Of a DNA stretch of 64,000 nt, positions 1 through 9,392 are shown piece by piece. Both the position numbers and the translations under genes were made by a program. Origin of the DNA: Pyrodictiaceae archaeon (GTDB lineage: Archaea; Thermoproteota; Thermoprotei_A; Sulfolobales; Pyrodictiaceae); NCBI GenBank assembly GCA_027036135.1, contig JALVSY010000007.1, forward strand, positions 196,880-260,879, in the 5' to 3' direction. Each line of letters starts with the position of its first letter. Positions within the stretch are counted from its first letter, which is position 1. The notes under the pieces are model-generated. The model was not told the DNA's origin. It saw only the letters and a list, made by a program, of their open reading frames with translations, and did not search any database.

Positions 1-1008
1 GCTGAGCCACTGCCTCTGGGCACGGTGCCTACCTACCAGGCCTGGGTAGAGGGCGTTAGGAAGTACAATGGTGTCTCTATGCCGGGTGACTGGTTCATAA
101 AGGTTGTTGAGAGGCATCTACGTGACGGAGTAGACTTCATGACAATACATGCTGCTCTTAGCAAGGAGCTCGTGGAAAAGGTTGTGAGGAGCAAACGCGT
201 GATGCCCATCATTAGTCGTGGAGGGGCTCTCTTAGCGGCGTGGATGCTTGAGAACAGGGAGGAGAACCCGTATAGGCAGCACTGGGACTACTTGCTCGAG
301 TTATTCGCCGAGCACGACGCCGTTATCAGTATTGGTGACGCGCTTCGCCCAGGCACTATAGCTGATCAGCACGACGAGTTCCAGGTAGCAGAGCTAGTAG
401 AGGCCGCTAGGCTGGTAAAGAGCGCGCGGGAACACGGCGTCCAGGTAATAGTTGAGGGGCCTGGCCACATGACCCTAGACCAGGTAGTGGCCGATGTGCG
501 GCTAATGAAGAGTCTGACCAATGGTGCACCATATTATGTCCTTGGGCCACTCGTAACGGATACCGCGATGGGCTATGACCACATAGCAGCAGCGATAGGC
601 GGTGCGCTAGCAGCAGCTGCTGGAGCAGATTTCCTATGCTACCTGACACCAGCTGAGCACCTAAGCCTACCGAGCCCGGAGCAGGTAAAGGAGGGACTCA
701 TAGCGGCTAAGATAGCTGCGCACGCAGCTGACCTAGTGAAGCTAGGCCCGCGAGCAGCCAGGAGGGACATAGAGCTAAGCCTACTAAGGGCAAAGCTGCG
801 ATGGAACGAGATGTTCAGGTACGCACCTGACCCAGAGAAGGCTAAGAAGATATACACCCAGTTCGGTACAGGCACCGAGGCCTGCAATATGTGTGGACAG
901 TACTGCGCCTGCCTAATACTATCAAAGTATACACGTAGTAGGAGAGAACCCAGCACCGAGGAACTATTGGAGCGCTTCACGCGGAGCCACAATAACGCTT
1001 TTCCGTAG
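1..1008 (+). CDS. thiC: Phosphomethylpyrimidine synthase (5' end outside the window)
   Basis: Frame is open from base 1. Motifs GVDFMTIHA, SRGG, SIGDALRPG, EGPGH, YVLGPLVTD, GYDH, TPAEHL and C-terminal CNMCGQYC Fe-S motif. Confidence 0.96.
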   Translation, partial: AEPLPLGTVPTYQAWVEGVRKYNGVSMPGDWFIKVVERHLRDGVDFMTIHAALSKELVEKVVRSKRVMPIISRGGALLAAWMLENREENPYRQHWDYLLELFAEHDAVISIGDALRPGTIADQHDEFQVAELVEAARLVKSAREHGVQVIVEGPGHMTLDQVVADVRLMKSLTNGAPYYVLGPLVTDTAMGYDHIAAAIGGALAAAAGADFLCYLTPAEHLSLPSPEQVKEGLIAAKIAAHAADLVKLGPRAARRDIELSLLRAKLRWNEMFRYAPDPEKAKKIYTQFGTGTEACNMCGQYCACLILSKYTRSRREPSTEELLERFTRSHNNAFP

Positions 1009-1052
1009 TCCCCCTTCCCAGCTCATTGCGTGGCAGCGTATAGGTACAAGTC

Positions 1053-1439
1053 CTATCTACATGAGTAAGGTGGAACCCCATACCTCTTGGCAAGCCGTGC
1101 TAACTCCTTGTCAAACGTCACTAAGGGGGCACCAAGCCTCATGGCCACGTGGAGGATTAGGAGATCCTCATAGCGCCTCGGGTCACGGATAGCGAACCAG
1201 GCATCATCCCTTGTCACCGATTCATATATGAACCTAGGTTCGCCGAGAACGTAGGCAGTTATTGCCTGTGCTCGTGCAGCTCCATGACTCCTCCGGGTAC
1301 TCCACACAAGCTCGTGGACAACTATAGACGGTACAATAACCGCGTCCATGCACTCTACGAGCCGCCGCGCCTCCTCGTGGCCCGGCTCATCCTCGAGTAG
1401 CAAAGCCCTCATGAAACTCGTGTCAACAACTACTGGCAA
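1053..1439 (-). CDS. PIN-domain (VapC-like) protein with no adjacent antitoxin
   Basis: VVVDTS N-terminus, HEL, YEDLL and LVTFDKEL PIN acidic residues. Confidence 0.85.
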   Translation of the reverse strand: MPVVVDTSFMRALLLEDEPGHEEARRLVECMDAVIVPSIVVHELVWSTRRSHGAARAQAITAYVLGEPRFIYESVTRDDAWFAIRDPRRYEDLLILHVAMRLGAPLVTFDKELARLAKRYGVPPYSCR

Positions 1440-1467
1440 GAGGTCTAGGCGCCTCCCCCCTCTGGGG

Positions 1468-2292
1468 CTATTTCTTGGAAACCCTTAGGGGTGGGACATC
1501 CTTTACGTGTAGATCCAGCTGCGGGAACGGTATCTCTATCCCAGCCCTATCCAACTCCTCCTTGAGCCGTGTTTGTAGCTCTACCTTTGTCCGGAACCAT
1601 ACTGGTGGAGGTGCCCAGCACCGCATAGTGAAGACTATCGCTGAGTCCCCGTAGTCCTGGACGAAGACCTCGGGCGCGGGGTTTACTAGGCAGAATGGAT
1701 GCTCATCCATGAGTCTGCGAAGCACTTCTAGCGCCTTCCCTATGTCCGTATCGTAGCTTAGCCCTATCCTTATCTCTACGCGGCGTGCGCGCGTACGATA
1801 ATAATTAGTTATGATGCTTGTGAATACCTTGGAGTTAGGTATACGGACTATTGTCCCGTCCCATGTACGGACCTTGGTGGAGAACACGTTTATGTCAGAG
1901 ACTATCCCTTCAACTCCCTCAAGCGAGACAGGGTCACCTATTCTCAGAGGCTGCTCCATGAGGAGAAACATGCCACTTATTAAGTTAGATACTGCCTGTT
2001 GAGACGCGAAACCAATCACTATACCAGCTATACCGCCAGCGACTATTAGTCCTGACAAGTTTATTCCGAGAGGATAAAGAGCGGCAACACCGCCAGCAAA
2101 TACTATGCTGTAGAACACGATGTTCTCTATAGGCTTGTACATATATTCGGGTAGCCTACCCTTCAAGCTTCTACGCATGAGGCGCCGAATGAGGAGGGCG
2201 AAGAGGATACTTGCCACAAGTACAGCTATGGCAAGAGCTATTGATGTAAGCCTTGTCTTAATCCCCTTGATAACCGCCTCGTTTATCCTCAA
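1468..2292 (-). CDS. mscS: Small-conductance mechanosensitive channel
   Basis: GIVIGFASQ..SNLISG, PLRIGD, VRIPNS and GIEIPFPQ motifs; three TM helices. Confidence 0.93.
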   Translation of the reverse strand: MRINEAVIKGIKTRLTSIALAIAVLVASILFALLIRRLMRRSLKGRLPEYMYKPIENIVFYSIVFAGGVAALYPLGINLSGLIVAGGIAGIVIGFASQQAVSNLISGMFLLMEQPLRIGDPVSLEGVEGIVSDINVFSTKVRTWDGTIVRIPNSKVFTSIITNYYRTRARRVEIRIGLSYDTDIGKALEVLRRLMDEHPFCLVNPAPEVFVQDYGDSAIVFTMRCWAPPPVWFRTKVELQTRLKEELDRAGIEIPFPQLDLHVKDVPPLRVSKK

Positions 2293-2300
2293 CGCTTAGC

Positions 2301-3017
2301 TCACCCAGTCGATATAGGGGTTATGAATGCTGGCAGAGCCACAGCCAATCTCAGCTTCCTGAAATGCCCCCAAGCCTCTACGAGCCCCTCACGTGGTGGG
2401 CTATCGCTCAGCCTAGCAGTAATATGATGGGGCTCTCTCTTAGCAATAAGCACGGGATAATAGACCTGGTTTTTCTCGTCGAGATAGAAGCGGGCAAGAG
2501 CCACATTGAATCCTACACCCGGTACTACTCCCTTGACACCGCCAATATCTATACGTATAATGGCTAAGCCTCGCGGCTCTAGCTCGTCTAAACGCATCAC
2601 CGTCCTTGTTGGATGATAACGACATACTGTTCCATCAACTATGCTACCGACAAGCGTGTACTTTACGCGGAAGGGCGACACATAGCCAAGGACTGTTTCA
2701 TCGACATGTATTACTAGCTCGTAGGGAGCTAGGGCCCAAATACTAATAGTCCTTTCACCGATGACTATGGGTTCACTGAACTCGAGATAGATGCAGCCTG
2801 AGAGCATCTGGGGCCTGTGAATAGGTGGTACCGGATCCACATAGACCACGTCATTGTCTACTAAGCGAGACTTGCCACAGCCATAAGGGTCGCAGTACTC
2901 TATGAGCCCGGAGCCACTATACTCTATACTCGCAAGCCCATACCTAAGCGACTCGCCGCGCCTAAGCATAGCGAAGTGTTGCTCCATAACAGCCGAACCC
3001 TGCTCTTCTCTAGACAT
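2301..3017 (-). CDS. DUF432-family protein, commonly adjacent to archaeal mscS
   Basis: PVPP...YLEF..PIVI and KYTLVG....G.VCRY pattern; 8 bp upstream of mscS. Confidence 0.7.
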   Translation of the reverse strand: MSREEQGSAVMEQHFAMLRRGESLRYGLASIEYSGSGLIEYCDPYGCGKSRLVDNDVVYVDPVPPIHRPQMLSGCIYLEFSEPIVIGERTISIWALAPYELVIHVDETVLGYVSPFRVKYTLVGSIVDGTVCRYHPTRTVMRLDELEPRGLAIIRIDIGGVKGVVPGVGFNVALARFYLDEKNQVYYPVLIAKREPHHITARLSDSPPREGLVEAWGHFRKLRLAVALPAFITPISTG

Positions 3018-3063
3018 GTATAAGCCTATGCGCCGTGCCCTAGCCGCTTCTTTGCACGGACAC

Positions 3064-3085
3064 CACTAAGTAAAAAGACTTAGTG
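3064..3085. promoter_or_regulatory. Perfect inverted repeat CACTAAGT-N6-ACTTAGTG, candidate operator for the DUF432-mscS-PIN genes
   Basis: 8-bp perfect arms read directly, 47-68 bp upstream of the start at 3017; spacer reads CTTTTT on the minus strand. Confidence 0.5.
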
Positions 3086-3190
3086 ATATACGCCTAAGAG
3101 GAAGCAGTGCAAGAGGACGGAGCACTGGAAACTCAAGGAGATCGGGCGGAGCAAAAAACAATTAAGAGAATGTGCCGTATTGTAGAAAAA

Positions 3191-5335
3191 CTAGCTACTT
3201 AGGGACACTATAGAGGTTATTATCATCTCTATTATCGCTATTACCCTTTCTAGGAACATTCTTATCTTCATAGCTATCCAGTCGCTCGGCACTATGCTGC
3301 TTAGCACCTGCTTTGTTGTGTTAAGGGCGTTCTCGAGATATGTCTTTGCAACTGATATGTTTCCGCTTGCAAGGCTCTTCTCAGCCTCCTTGAGCATCTC
3401 CTCAACGCTTTCTAGCTGCTTTATCATTGTCTGATTCCCTTCTAGTTTTGCCAGCTTGGTTACTGCGCTTACTAGGCGCTCAACAACGATAACGCCTCTA
3501 GCTAGGTGCTTGGCCTCTTTCTTACCGAACTTCTGGACTGGTGCTTGTCCTAGTGAGACGAGTATCTTCTTGACAATGGACTCGGCTCTATCTACTAAGT
3601 GTAGTAGTATGTCTATTTTTCTGAACTCTATACTGTTTCTTATACTTTTCAATAGATTGCTTGATCCAGTGGCTGTGCTCGTATTGTTGCTTGATCTATA
3701 GCCTCCTCTCTCCGCTAGCCCGACCCTGGTATCTCTATGGCGCCTGCCCTTCATTTTCGGTGTTGTTGTCTCAGTGTGCGACGGCGTGCTTGTTGATGTC
3801 TCCGTGTGTACCGGCGTTGTGGTTGCTGTGTGACTCGATGCTCTTGTGCTAGTATGCGTAGTCGTGTTGGTCCTTGTGCTGGTTATTGTGGTGTTGCTCA
3901 TTGTCTGGCTCTGGGTTCTGGTACTGCTCGGGTGCTGTGCTTGCTGGCCTTGGAGCTGCTCTCTGTATTGTTTTAGCGCCTCTTTGAACTCCTCGAGCGC
4001 TGTGAGCGCCACATTAGCTGCTTTGACTACCTCCTCTTGGCTCGCCTCGCCGGCTCTGTACTCCTCTAAGATGCTTACTAGTTTTGTTAGGTTTCCTAAG
4101 GCATGGTTGTACTGTGTTGATAGGTTGCTTGGCACGAGGTTCTTTGCCGCTCTTAGCTCTAGTGCCACCAGTTTTAGTGCTAGTATCTCTCTATCGATGC
4201 TCTTTATCGGCATAATTGGTATCGGTATTATGTGGAACTTCTTGAATATCGGTGCTATTAGTCTAGGCATCATGTGCCTTATCTTTATTATCTCTATGAT
4301 GTCGCCGAGGCCATGTAGTCTTGGTAGCTCGGTCTTAGTCTTGTTAATTACTTGCTCATAGTGCTCAAGTATCTGCTTAAGTATAGCTACTTCTCTCTCT
4401 AGTATCTGTGCAGCTCTTACCCTGCCTTCTTGTCTTAGCTTCTTAGCCTCCTCGGTTAGGTTGTCTATCTTTTTCTCAAACATCTCCATCATTCTATGTA
4501 GTGTCTGCATAGCCTTGCAGGCATGAGGCTCTGCTATAGCTATTCTCGCTTGAGTAATTAGGCTTGAAGCATTCTTTACAAATTCCCTCACTCTCGTCTC
4601 TAGAGCCTTAGTCTCGTTAAGTGCTTGGCTGAGGCTCATGTTGCCTACTAGGATTGCTTGTCTCAACACCAGGGTCTCATTGAGCAGCTGCTTGTCTAGT
4701 GTTATGGTCTTGTTAACCTCTGTTATCATTTCCCCTAGCTTCTTAGTGGCATTGTCGCATGCCACTCCGCTTCTCTCTGCCCAGTGCAGTGAGGCCTCTA
4801 GGTGATGCAGTGTGAATATGAGTGAGGCCATAACGGCTCTCTCTAGGGCAGCGAGCTTATTGATCCTGGCCAATAGCTTAGTTGCTGTGACGTTAATGCG
4901 AGCTACGTGGCTCGCATAGAGCTTAGCAGCCTCTGCTACCAGTAGCCCGAGTTCCTTGAAGAGCTTGGCTGCCTCTTGGCGCGCTTCATCGGGCTTGCCT
5001 TGCTTAACTAGGTTCTCTATCTCCGGTATAGTATTGTTTATCTCCTGGAGCTTTGTCCATAGGCTAGAGTTGCTAGGCACACCCCACATCTTGAAGAGCG
5101 CTGCAACATTTTCTACACTCATATTTAGAGCTATTACTATGCCGTATCCAGCGTTAGTATTTGTAATATTACTAGTAACGGTTACATTTGCTGAGGCACT
5201 AGCTTCTCCCTGTTGTGCTTTAGCTAGCTGGGCTAGTGGACCTATACTGGCTAGTAACATTACACCTACTACTAATAGGGCTGCTAGGGTCCTGGGCCCT
5301 ATTCCTCTCATGGATCGGGTCACCTTTTGGCTCAC
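3191..5335 (-). CDS. 714-aa secreted alpha-helical/coiled-coil glycoprotein with a Thr/Ser/His-rich linker; function unknown
   Basis: Basic-hydrophobic signal peptide ending AKA|QQ, about 20 N-x-S/T sequons, amphipathic helices and a low-complexity T/S segment. Confidence 0.85.
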   Translation of the reverse strand: MSQKVTRSMRGIGPRTLAALLVVGVMLLASIGPLAQLAKAQQGEASASANVTVTSNITNTNAGYGIVIALNMSVENVAALFKMWGVPSNSSLWTKLQEINNTIPEIENLVKQGKPDEARQEAAKLFKELGLLVAEAAKLYASHVARINVTATKLLARINKLAALERAVMASLIFTLHHLEASLHWAERSGVACDNATKKLGEMITEVNKTITLDKQLLNETLVLRQAILVGNMSLSQALNETKALETRVREFVKNASSLITQARIAIAEPHACKAMQTLHRMMEMFEKKIDNLTEEAKKLRQEGRVRAAQILEREVAILKQILEHYEQVINKTKTELPRLHGLGDIIEIIKIRHMMPRLIAPIFKKFHIIPIPIMPIKSIDREILALKLVALELRAAKNLVPSNLSTQYNHALGNLTKLVSILEEYRAGEASQEEVVKAANVALTALEEFKEALKQYREQLQGQQAQHPSSTRTQSQTMSNTTITSTRTNTTTHTSTRASSHTATTTPVHTETSTSTPSHTETTTPKMKGRRHRDTRVGLAERGGYRSSNNTSTATGSSNLLKSIRNSIEFRKIDILLHLVDRAESIVKKILVSLGQAPVQKFGKKEAKHLARGVIVVERLVSAVTKLAKLEGNQTMIKQLESVEEMLKEAEKSLASGNISVAKTYLENALNTTKQVLSSIVPSDWIAMKIRMFLERVIAIIEMIITSIVSLSS

Positions 5336-5401
5336 CTCTGCTCCCCAAGGGGTTGGTTGGTTGTTTCTTTCCTTTTGAGCCCCGCGTATCGCCTAGTCCT
5401 T

Positions 5402-5430
5402 GGAACGGTGTCGGAACGGTCGCGGAACGG
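5402..5430. repeat. Three direct repeats of GGAACGG with an exact 11-bp period in a divergent promoter
   Basis: GGAACGG at 5402, 5413 and 5424; bracketed by GAGCCCC (5377) and GGGGCTC (5430). Confidence 0.8.
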
Positions 5431-5510
5431 GGGCTCGGGCTATGTTGCAGAGTAATTGTAAATTGAGTCCCCCAGATGCATCATTGTTAGGGATATGGGG
5501 GATTCCCCTT

Positions 5511-6914
5511 ATGGGTGCTATTCGTTCACCAATAGTCGTTGCTGTTGGTGGTCTTGATCCGAGTGGTGGTGCTGGCCTCGCTGCTGATATTCTTGCTGCG
5601 AGTAGTCTTGGCGTACACGTTGCCCCGGTAGCTGCTGTGCTAACTGTGCAAGATACCGGGGGCTCTGTCTATGCGAGGCCGGTGGAGCCCTGGGTTCTGG
5701 GTTCTCAGCTTGAGCGCGTAATGAGCGACTTTGGGGCGAGGGTTATCAAGACGGGGGTTCTTGGCTCTGTTTCTAATCTCCTCGTGGTCGCCGAGGCTGT
5801 GAGGAGTACTGGAGCAGTACTCGTCGTCGATACAGTATGGGAGACGGGCAGTGGTGACCCATTGGTCGAGGACGTGGAGGCCTATGTGGCTGCACTGCGT
5901 AGTAGGCTTATCCCGTTAGCTGAGGTAGTTACTCTCAATGCTACCGAAGCCTCTAAGATAACTGGTATTAATGCTGGGTCACGCGTGGAGGCTGTGAGGG
6001 CGGCGCGCTTCGTTGTTGAGCGGCTTGGCGCGAGAATGGCTATTGTTAAGGGTGGCCACGTTGAGCCTTGGGGCAGTGTTGTCTATGATGCCGTCTATGA
6101 TGCTGATAGGGGCGAGTTCTTCCTAGAGCACCCAAGGCTGTCTCCCTGTGGTGAGCGAGGCCTCCATGGCACCGGATGCACTTTTGCCGCAAGTATTGCT
6201 GCTGGACTAGCCCTTGGCTTATCACGGGTCGAGGCTGCTAGGCTCGCTGAGAGCATTGTCTACGAGGCTATTAGGTTCGCGAAGAATATTGGGCGTGGTA
6301 GGTGCCCTGTCTCCCCACTAGCCTATGTGTATAGGAGTGCTAGTCTCCTCGATGCAATGGCTGGTGTTAGGAGAGCCGCTGAGTACCTTGTAGAGAACTC
6401 TGATGTATTGCTGGGCTATGTGCCGGAGGTTGGGATAAACATTGCCGAGATAATACCCGGTGCCGACAGCGCTGAAGACGCTGCTGGTATTGTGGGGAGA
6501 GTAGTTAGGGCTGGCCGAAGGCTCGTAATGGCCGGATGCCCTTGGCCCGGCGGCTCCAGTCACATGGCGCGCTTAGCTATAGCAGCTCATCGCCTGGATT
6601 CCTCTATTCGTGCTGCTGGAAACCTTGTGTACCGTGAAGAGCTAGTCCGCGCTGCTAGAGTGCTTGGTCTCAGCGTCTTTAGGGCTAGGCGGGAGGAGGA
6701 GCCTAGTAGTAGAGAAGGCTCAACGATGCAGTGGCTGGTTAGGAGAGCCTACGAGGAGCTAGGCATGGTGCCACGCGTCATATACGATACTGGTGCGCCT
6801 GGAAAGGAGGCCATGGTGAGAGTGCTCGGCTCTAGTGCTCTCGAGGTAGCAGGGCTCATGGTTAGGCTTGCTCTCGTAGCGGGCAGGGCTACGAGGAATA
6901 CTTATAAGGATTAG
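5511..6914 (+). CDS. thiDN: Bifunctional HMP/HMP-P kinase plus ThiN thiamine-phosphate synthase
   Basis: GLDPSGGAGLAAD, IKTGVL, VKGGH and HGTGCTFAA; C-terminal PEVGINI, GGSSHMAR and GKEAMV. Start moved to the ATG at 5511. Confidence 0.94.
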   Translation: MGAIRSPIVVAVGGLDPSGGAGLAADILAASSLGVHVAPVAAVLTVQDTGGSVYARPVEPWVLGSQLERVMSDFGARVIKTGVLGSVSNLLVVAEAVRSTGAVLVVDTVWETGSGDPLVEDVEAYVAALRSRLIPLAEVVTLNATEASKITGINAGSRVEAVRAARFVVERLGARMAIVKGGHVEPWGSVVYDAVYDADRGEFFLEHPRLSPCGERGLHGTGCTFAASIAAGLALGLSRVEAARLAESIVYEAIRFAKNIGRGRCPVSPLAYVYRSASLLDAMAGVRRAAEYLVENSDVLLGYVPEVGINIAEIIPGADSAEDAAGIVGRVVRAGRRLVMAGCPWPGGSSHMARLAIAAHRLDSSIRAAGNLVYREELVRAARVLGLSVFRARREEEPSSREGSTMQWLVRRAYEELGMVPRVIYDTGAPGKEAMVRVLGSSALEVAGLMVRLALVAGRATRNTYKD

Positions 6915-7042
6915 AAGCTGATTAGCTGGCGGTACGTTATCGGGCTAAGCCCTAAATACTCCTAGCCGCTCATAGCCCTTATCCACGGATATTGCACACA
7001 CCACGTATAATAATACACCATGGTTGCTCGTAGAGGGATTAC

Positions 7043-7828
7043 TTGGTGCTCGTCTTGGGCGATGAAGCCGCTGTACTCGTGGTCCGGGACCTGGTTAAGC
7101 GCTACTCGGGCGGTGTTACCGCTCTTCGCGGAATATCGTTTAGTGTTGAGAAGGGAGAGGTCTTCGGGCTTGTTGGCCCCAATGGGGCTGGGAAGAGCAC
7201 CACCTTCAAGATAATAGCTACGCTGCTTAAACCGAGTAGCGGCACAGTGGTTGTTGACGGCGTTGATGTTGTGAGGGAGCCGCTTGAAGCTAGGAAGAGG
7301 ATAACGTTTGTCCCAGAGGAGGTTGGTGGTTATCGCCGCCTCACGGGGCTGGAGTACCTACGCTTCATAATCAGTGCGTATCTCTCGGCGCGCGGTGAGG
7401 AAAGAGGCATAGACAGGGTTGTGGTTGAGGCTGCTAAGCTCACGGGGCTCGATTACGAGACCCTGGCCTCTACCAAGATGAGTGATTACAGCAAGGGCAT
7501 GAAGAGAAGGGTACAGGTAGCGTGGGCCCTCGTGGTTAGGCCCCGGCTAGCTATCCTCGATGAGCCTACCTCGGGTCTCGATGTTGAGGCTAGCTATGAG
7601 CTCCGCAGAATAATTAAGGAGTACGCGAAGACTCACGGCGTCTCTGTTCTCCTGTCAAGCCACAACATGCTCGAGGTTGAGCATCTCTGCGACCGTGTCG
7701 CTCTCATATCGCGTGGCAGGATAATCGAGGAGGGCTCTCCCCGCGAAATAGTTGAGAAGTACGGGGCGGAGAACCTCGAGGAGGCCTACATGAAGGCCAT
7801 GAAGCAGAGGGGTGGAAGCGTTGCATAG
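7043..7828 (+). CDS. ABC-2 exporter ATP-binding subunit
   Basis: Walker A GPNGAGKST, signature YSKGMKRR, Walker B ILDEPTSGLD. Confidence 0.93.
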   Translation: MVLVLGDEAAVLVVRDLVKRYSGGVTALRGISFSVEKGEVFGLVGPNGAGKSTTFKIIATLLKPSSGTVVVDGVDVVREPLEARKRITFVPEEVGGYRRLTGLEYLRFIISAYLSARGEERGIDRVVVEAAKLTGLDYETLASTKMSDYSKGMKRRVQVAWALVVRPRLAILDEPTSGLDVEASYELRRIIKEYAKTHGVSVLLSSHNMLEVEHLCDRVALISRGRIIEEGSPREIVEKYGAENLEEAYMKAMKQRGGSVA

Positions 7829-9050
7829 CCTTGGCATGCTGTTGCGTAAGGAGCTCTACACGCTTCTCCGCGAGCCGATGGTAAGGGTAATGATTATCCT
7901 GCCCTTCATAATCTATGCCTCTATGTCGCCGTTCTACGGCTCCGCTGTGAAGCAGGTTGAGGAGGCAGCTAAGCTGCACGGCGCGAGGCTGGCTATAGTC
8001 GCGTGTAGCAAGGAGGACCTCAACGTCGCTAAGACTATTGCTGCTATGCTCCGCGCTAAGGGGGTTAACGCATCCGCGCTCAGTGGCTGCAACCCCCTGG
8101 ACGCGATGAGGAGGGGTTATAACGTCGTCGTGGTGCTGGGCAAGAACTTTGTCCAAAACCTAGTGGCTGGCAAGGCCCGTGTAGAGATCTACGTTAAGGG
8201 CAGCGTGAGTAGCCTTAGCAAGACACTGGCTCTCCCCGGGGCTGCTCTTAGCTACGTGTCACAAGCACTATCGCCGAGCAACCGGACTAGGGTTGAGGCC
8301 CAGGAGTACCTGGTTGTGAACAATCGTGTCTGGAGCTATGAGCAGCTCAACAACCTCTACGGCACCGCTAATTTCCTCACATTCGCTGTGTTCTTCATAA
8401 TATTCCCTGCTGCGTCGCTGGGCGCGACACTGATAGGCGCGGAGAGGGAGGAAAGGACCCTAGAGGTTCTCTTCAGCCTACCGATACGGCGCAGGGACAT
8501 AGCTGTCGCGAAGAGTGTTGCAGCGCTACTAGCAGGGCTATTGACGGCGGTCTCGGCTATAGCTGGGATAGCTATATTCATGAGCAAGATCGGGGCACCG
8601 CTCCGCGCAAGCGGGTATACCTGGGGCGATATAGGGCTCTACGCGGCGGCAATAGGTGTGGAGGCTCTACTAGCAGCAGTACTGGCGCTCATAGTCGGGT
8701 TGTTCAGCACGACTATGCGGGGGGCGCAGGCAGCTGCCTCGATAGTCGTGTTCCCGGCATTTATACCAGCGTTCCTGCTCGTAACCGGGCTGCCGGTCTC
8801 CTACCTCTTCGCTGCCGTACCATTCACCGCGACGCTCTACGCCGCGCTAAGCCCCCTCATAGGTAGCAGCTACACAGTGGCAGCACTGGTTGCACAGGGG
8901 GCGGAGACCCTGGCGGCACTAGCCGTGCTGGCATGGCTCCTCGAGACCGAGGTAGCAGTGACTGGGCCGGAGACCCTGAAGAGGCTGAGGAAGAGACTAG
9001 GGAGGCGGAGAAGAGGCGGGCTCATGACCTTCTTGGCGAGAAGAGCTTAA
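7812..9050 (+). CDS. ABC-2 (NatB-like) permease
   Basis: KEL...LRE N-terminus, EREERTLEVL..LP motif, multiple TM segments; overlaps the ATPase gene. Confidence 0.88.
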   Translation: MEALHSLGMLLRKELYTLLREPMVRVMIILPFIIYASMSPFYGSAVKQVEEAAKLHGARLAIVACSKEDLNVAKTIAAMLRAKGVNASALSGCNPLDAMRRGYNVVVVLGKNFVQNLVAGKARVEIYVKGSVSSLSKTLALPGAALSYVSQALSPSNRTRVEAQEYLVVNNRVWSYEQLNNLYGTANFLTFAVFFIIFPAASLGATLIGAEREERTLEVLFSLPIRRRDIAVAKSVAALLAGLLTAVSAIAGIAIFMSKIGAPLRASGYTWGDIGLYAAAIGVEALLAAVLALIVGLFSTTMRGAQAAASIVVFPAFIPAFLLVTGLPVSYLFAAVPFTATLYAALSPLIGSSYTVAALVAQGAETLAALAVLAWLLETEVAVTGPETLKRLRKRLGRRRRGGLMTFLARRA

Positions 9051-9107
9051 AGACCCTGCGAAGCAGTTACGGAAACAACTCTAAACAATACATGGTGAAG
9101 AGCTGCC

Positions 9108-9341
9108 TTGGCGCGCAAGGTCAGGCTAGGCGCAGTAGTCTATAAGGAGACTGAAGAGGATGGGACAACCTGGTACATAGCTGTCGAGCCCATGAGCGGG
9201 GCACAGGCGCAAGGAGAGACACTCGAGGAAGCCCTTGAGAGGCTAAAGGAAGAGGTAGCTAAGATGAGTGATGCCTGGTGCGAGTCCGAGATAAGGGAAG
9301 CCGTTGATGCTAGGCTCATAGAGGTAGAGCTACCCGAGTAG
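9108..9341 (+). CDS. Solo HicB-like protein
   Basis: WYIAVEP..GAQAQGETLEEALERLKE motif; no hicA adjacent. Confidence 0.75.
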   Translation: MARKVRLGAVVYKETEEDGTTWYIAVEPMSGAQAQGETLEEALERLKEEVAKMSDAWCESEIREAVDARLIEVELPE

Positions 9342-9392
9342 ACAGGAAAGTGATAACAAGACTCTCTGATTACTGTAATACCTCCTTGGCCC

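Noticed and set aside
3846-4361. 171-aa hydrophobic ORF, plus similar antisense ORFs at 13985-14707, 49222-49830 and 60425-61027
   Set aside because: These are shadows of well-supported genes. Thr-rich codons read as Val-rich on the opposite strand, and the codon bias leaves antisense frames open.
5340-5510. TPP riboswitch upstream of thiDN, or of the permease at 10970-11190
   Set aside because: No TGAGA / CCTGA core in the required arrangement.
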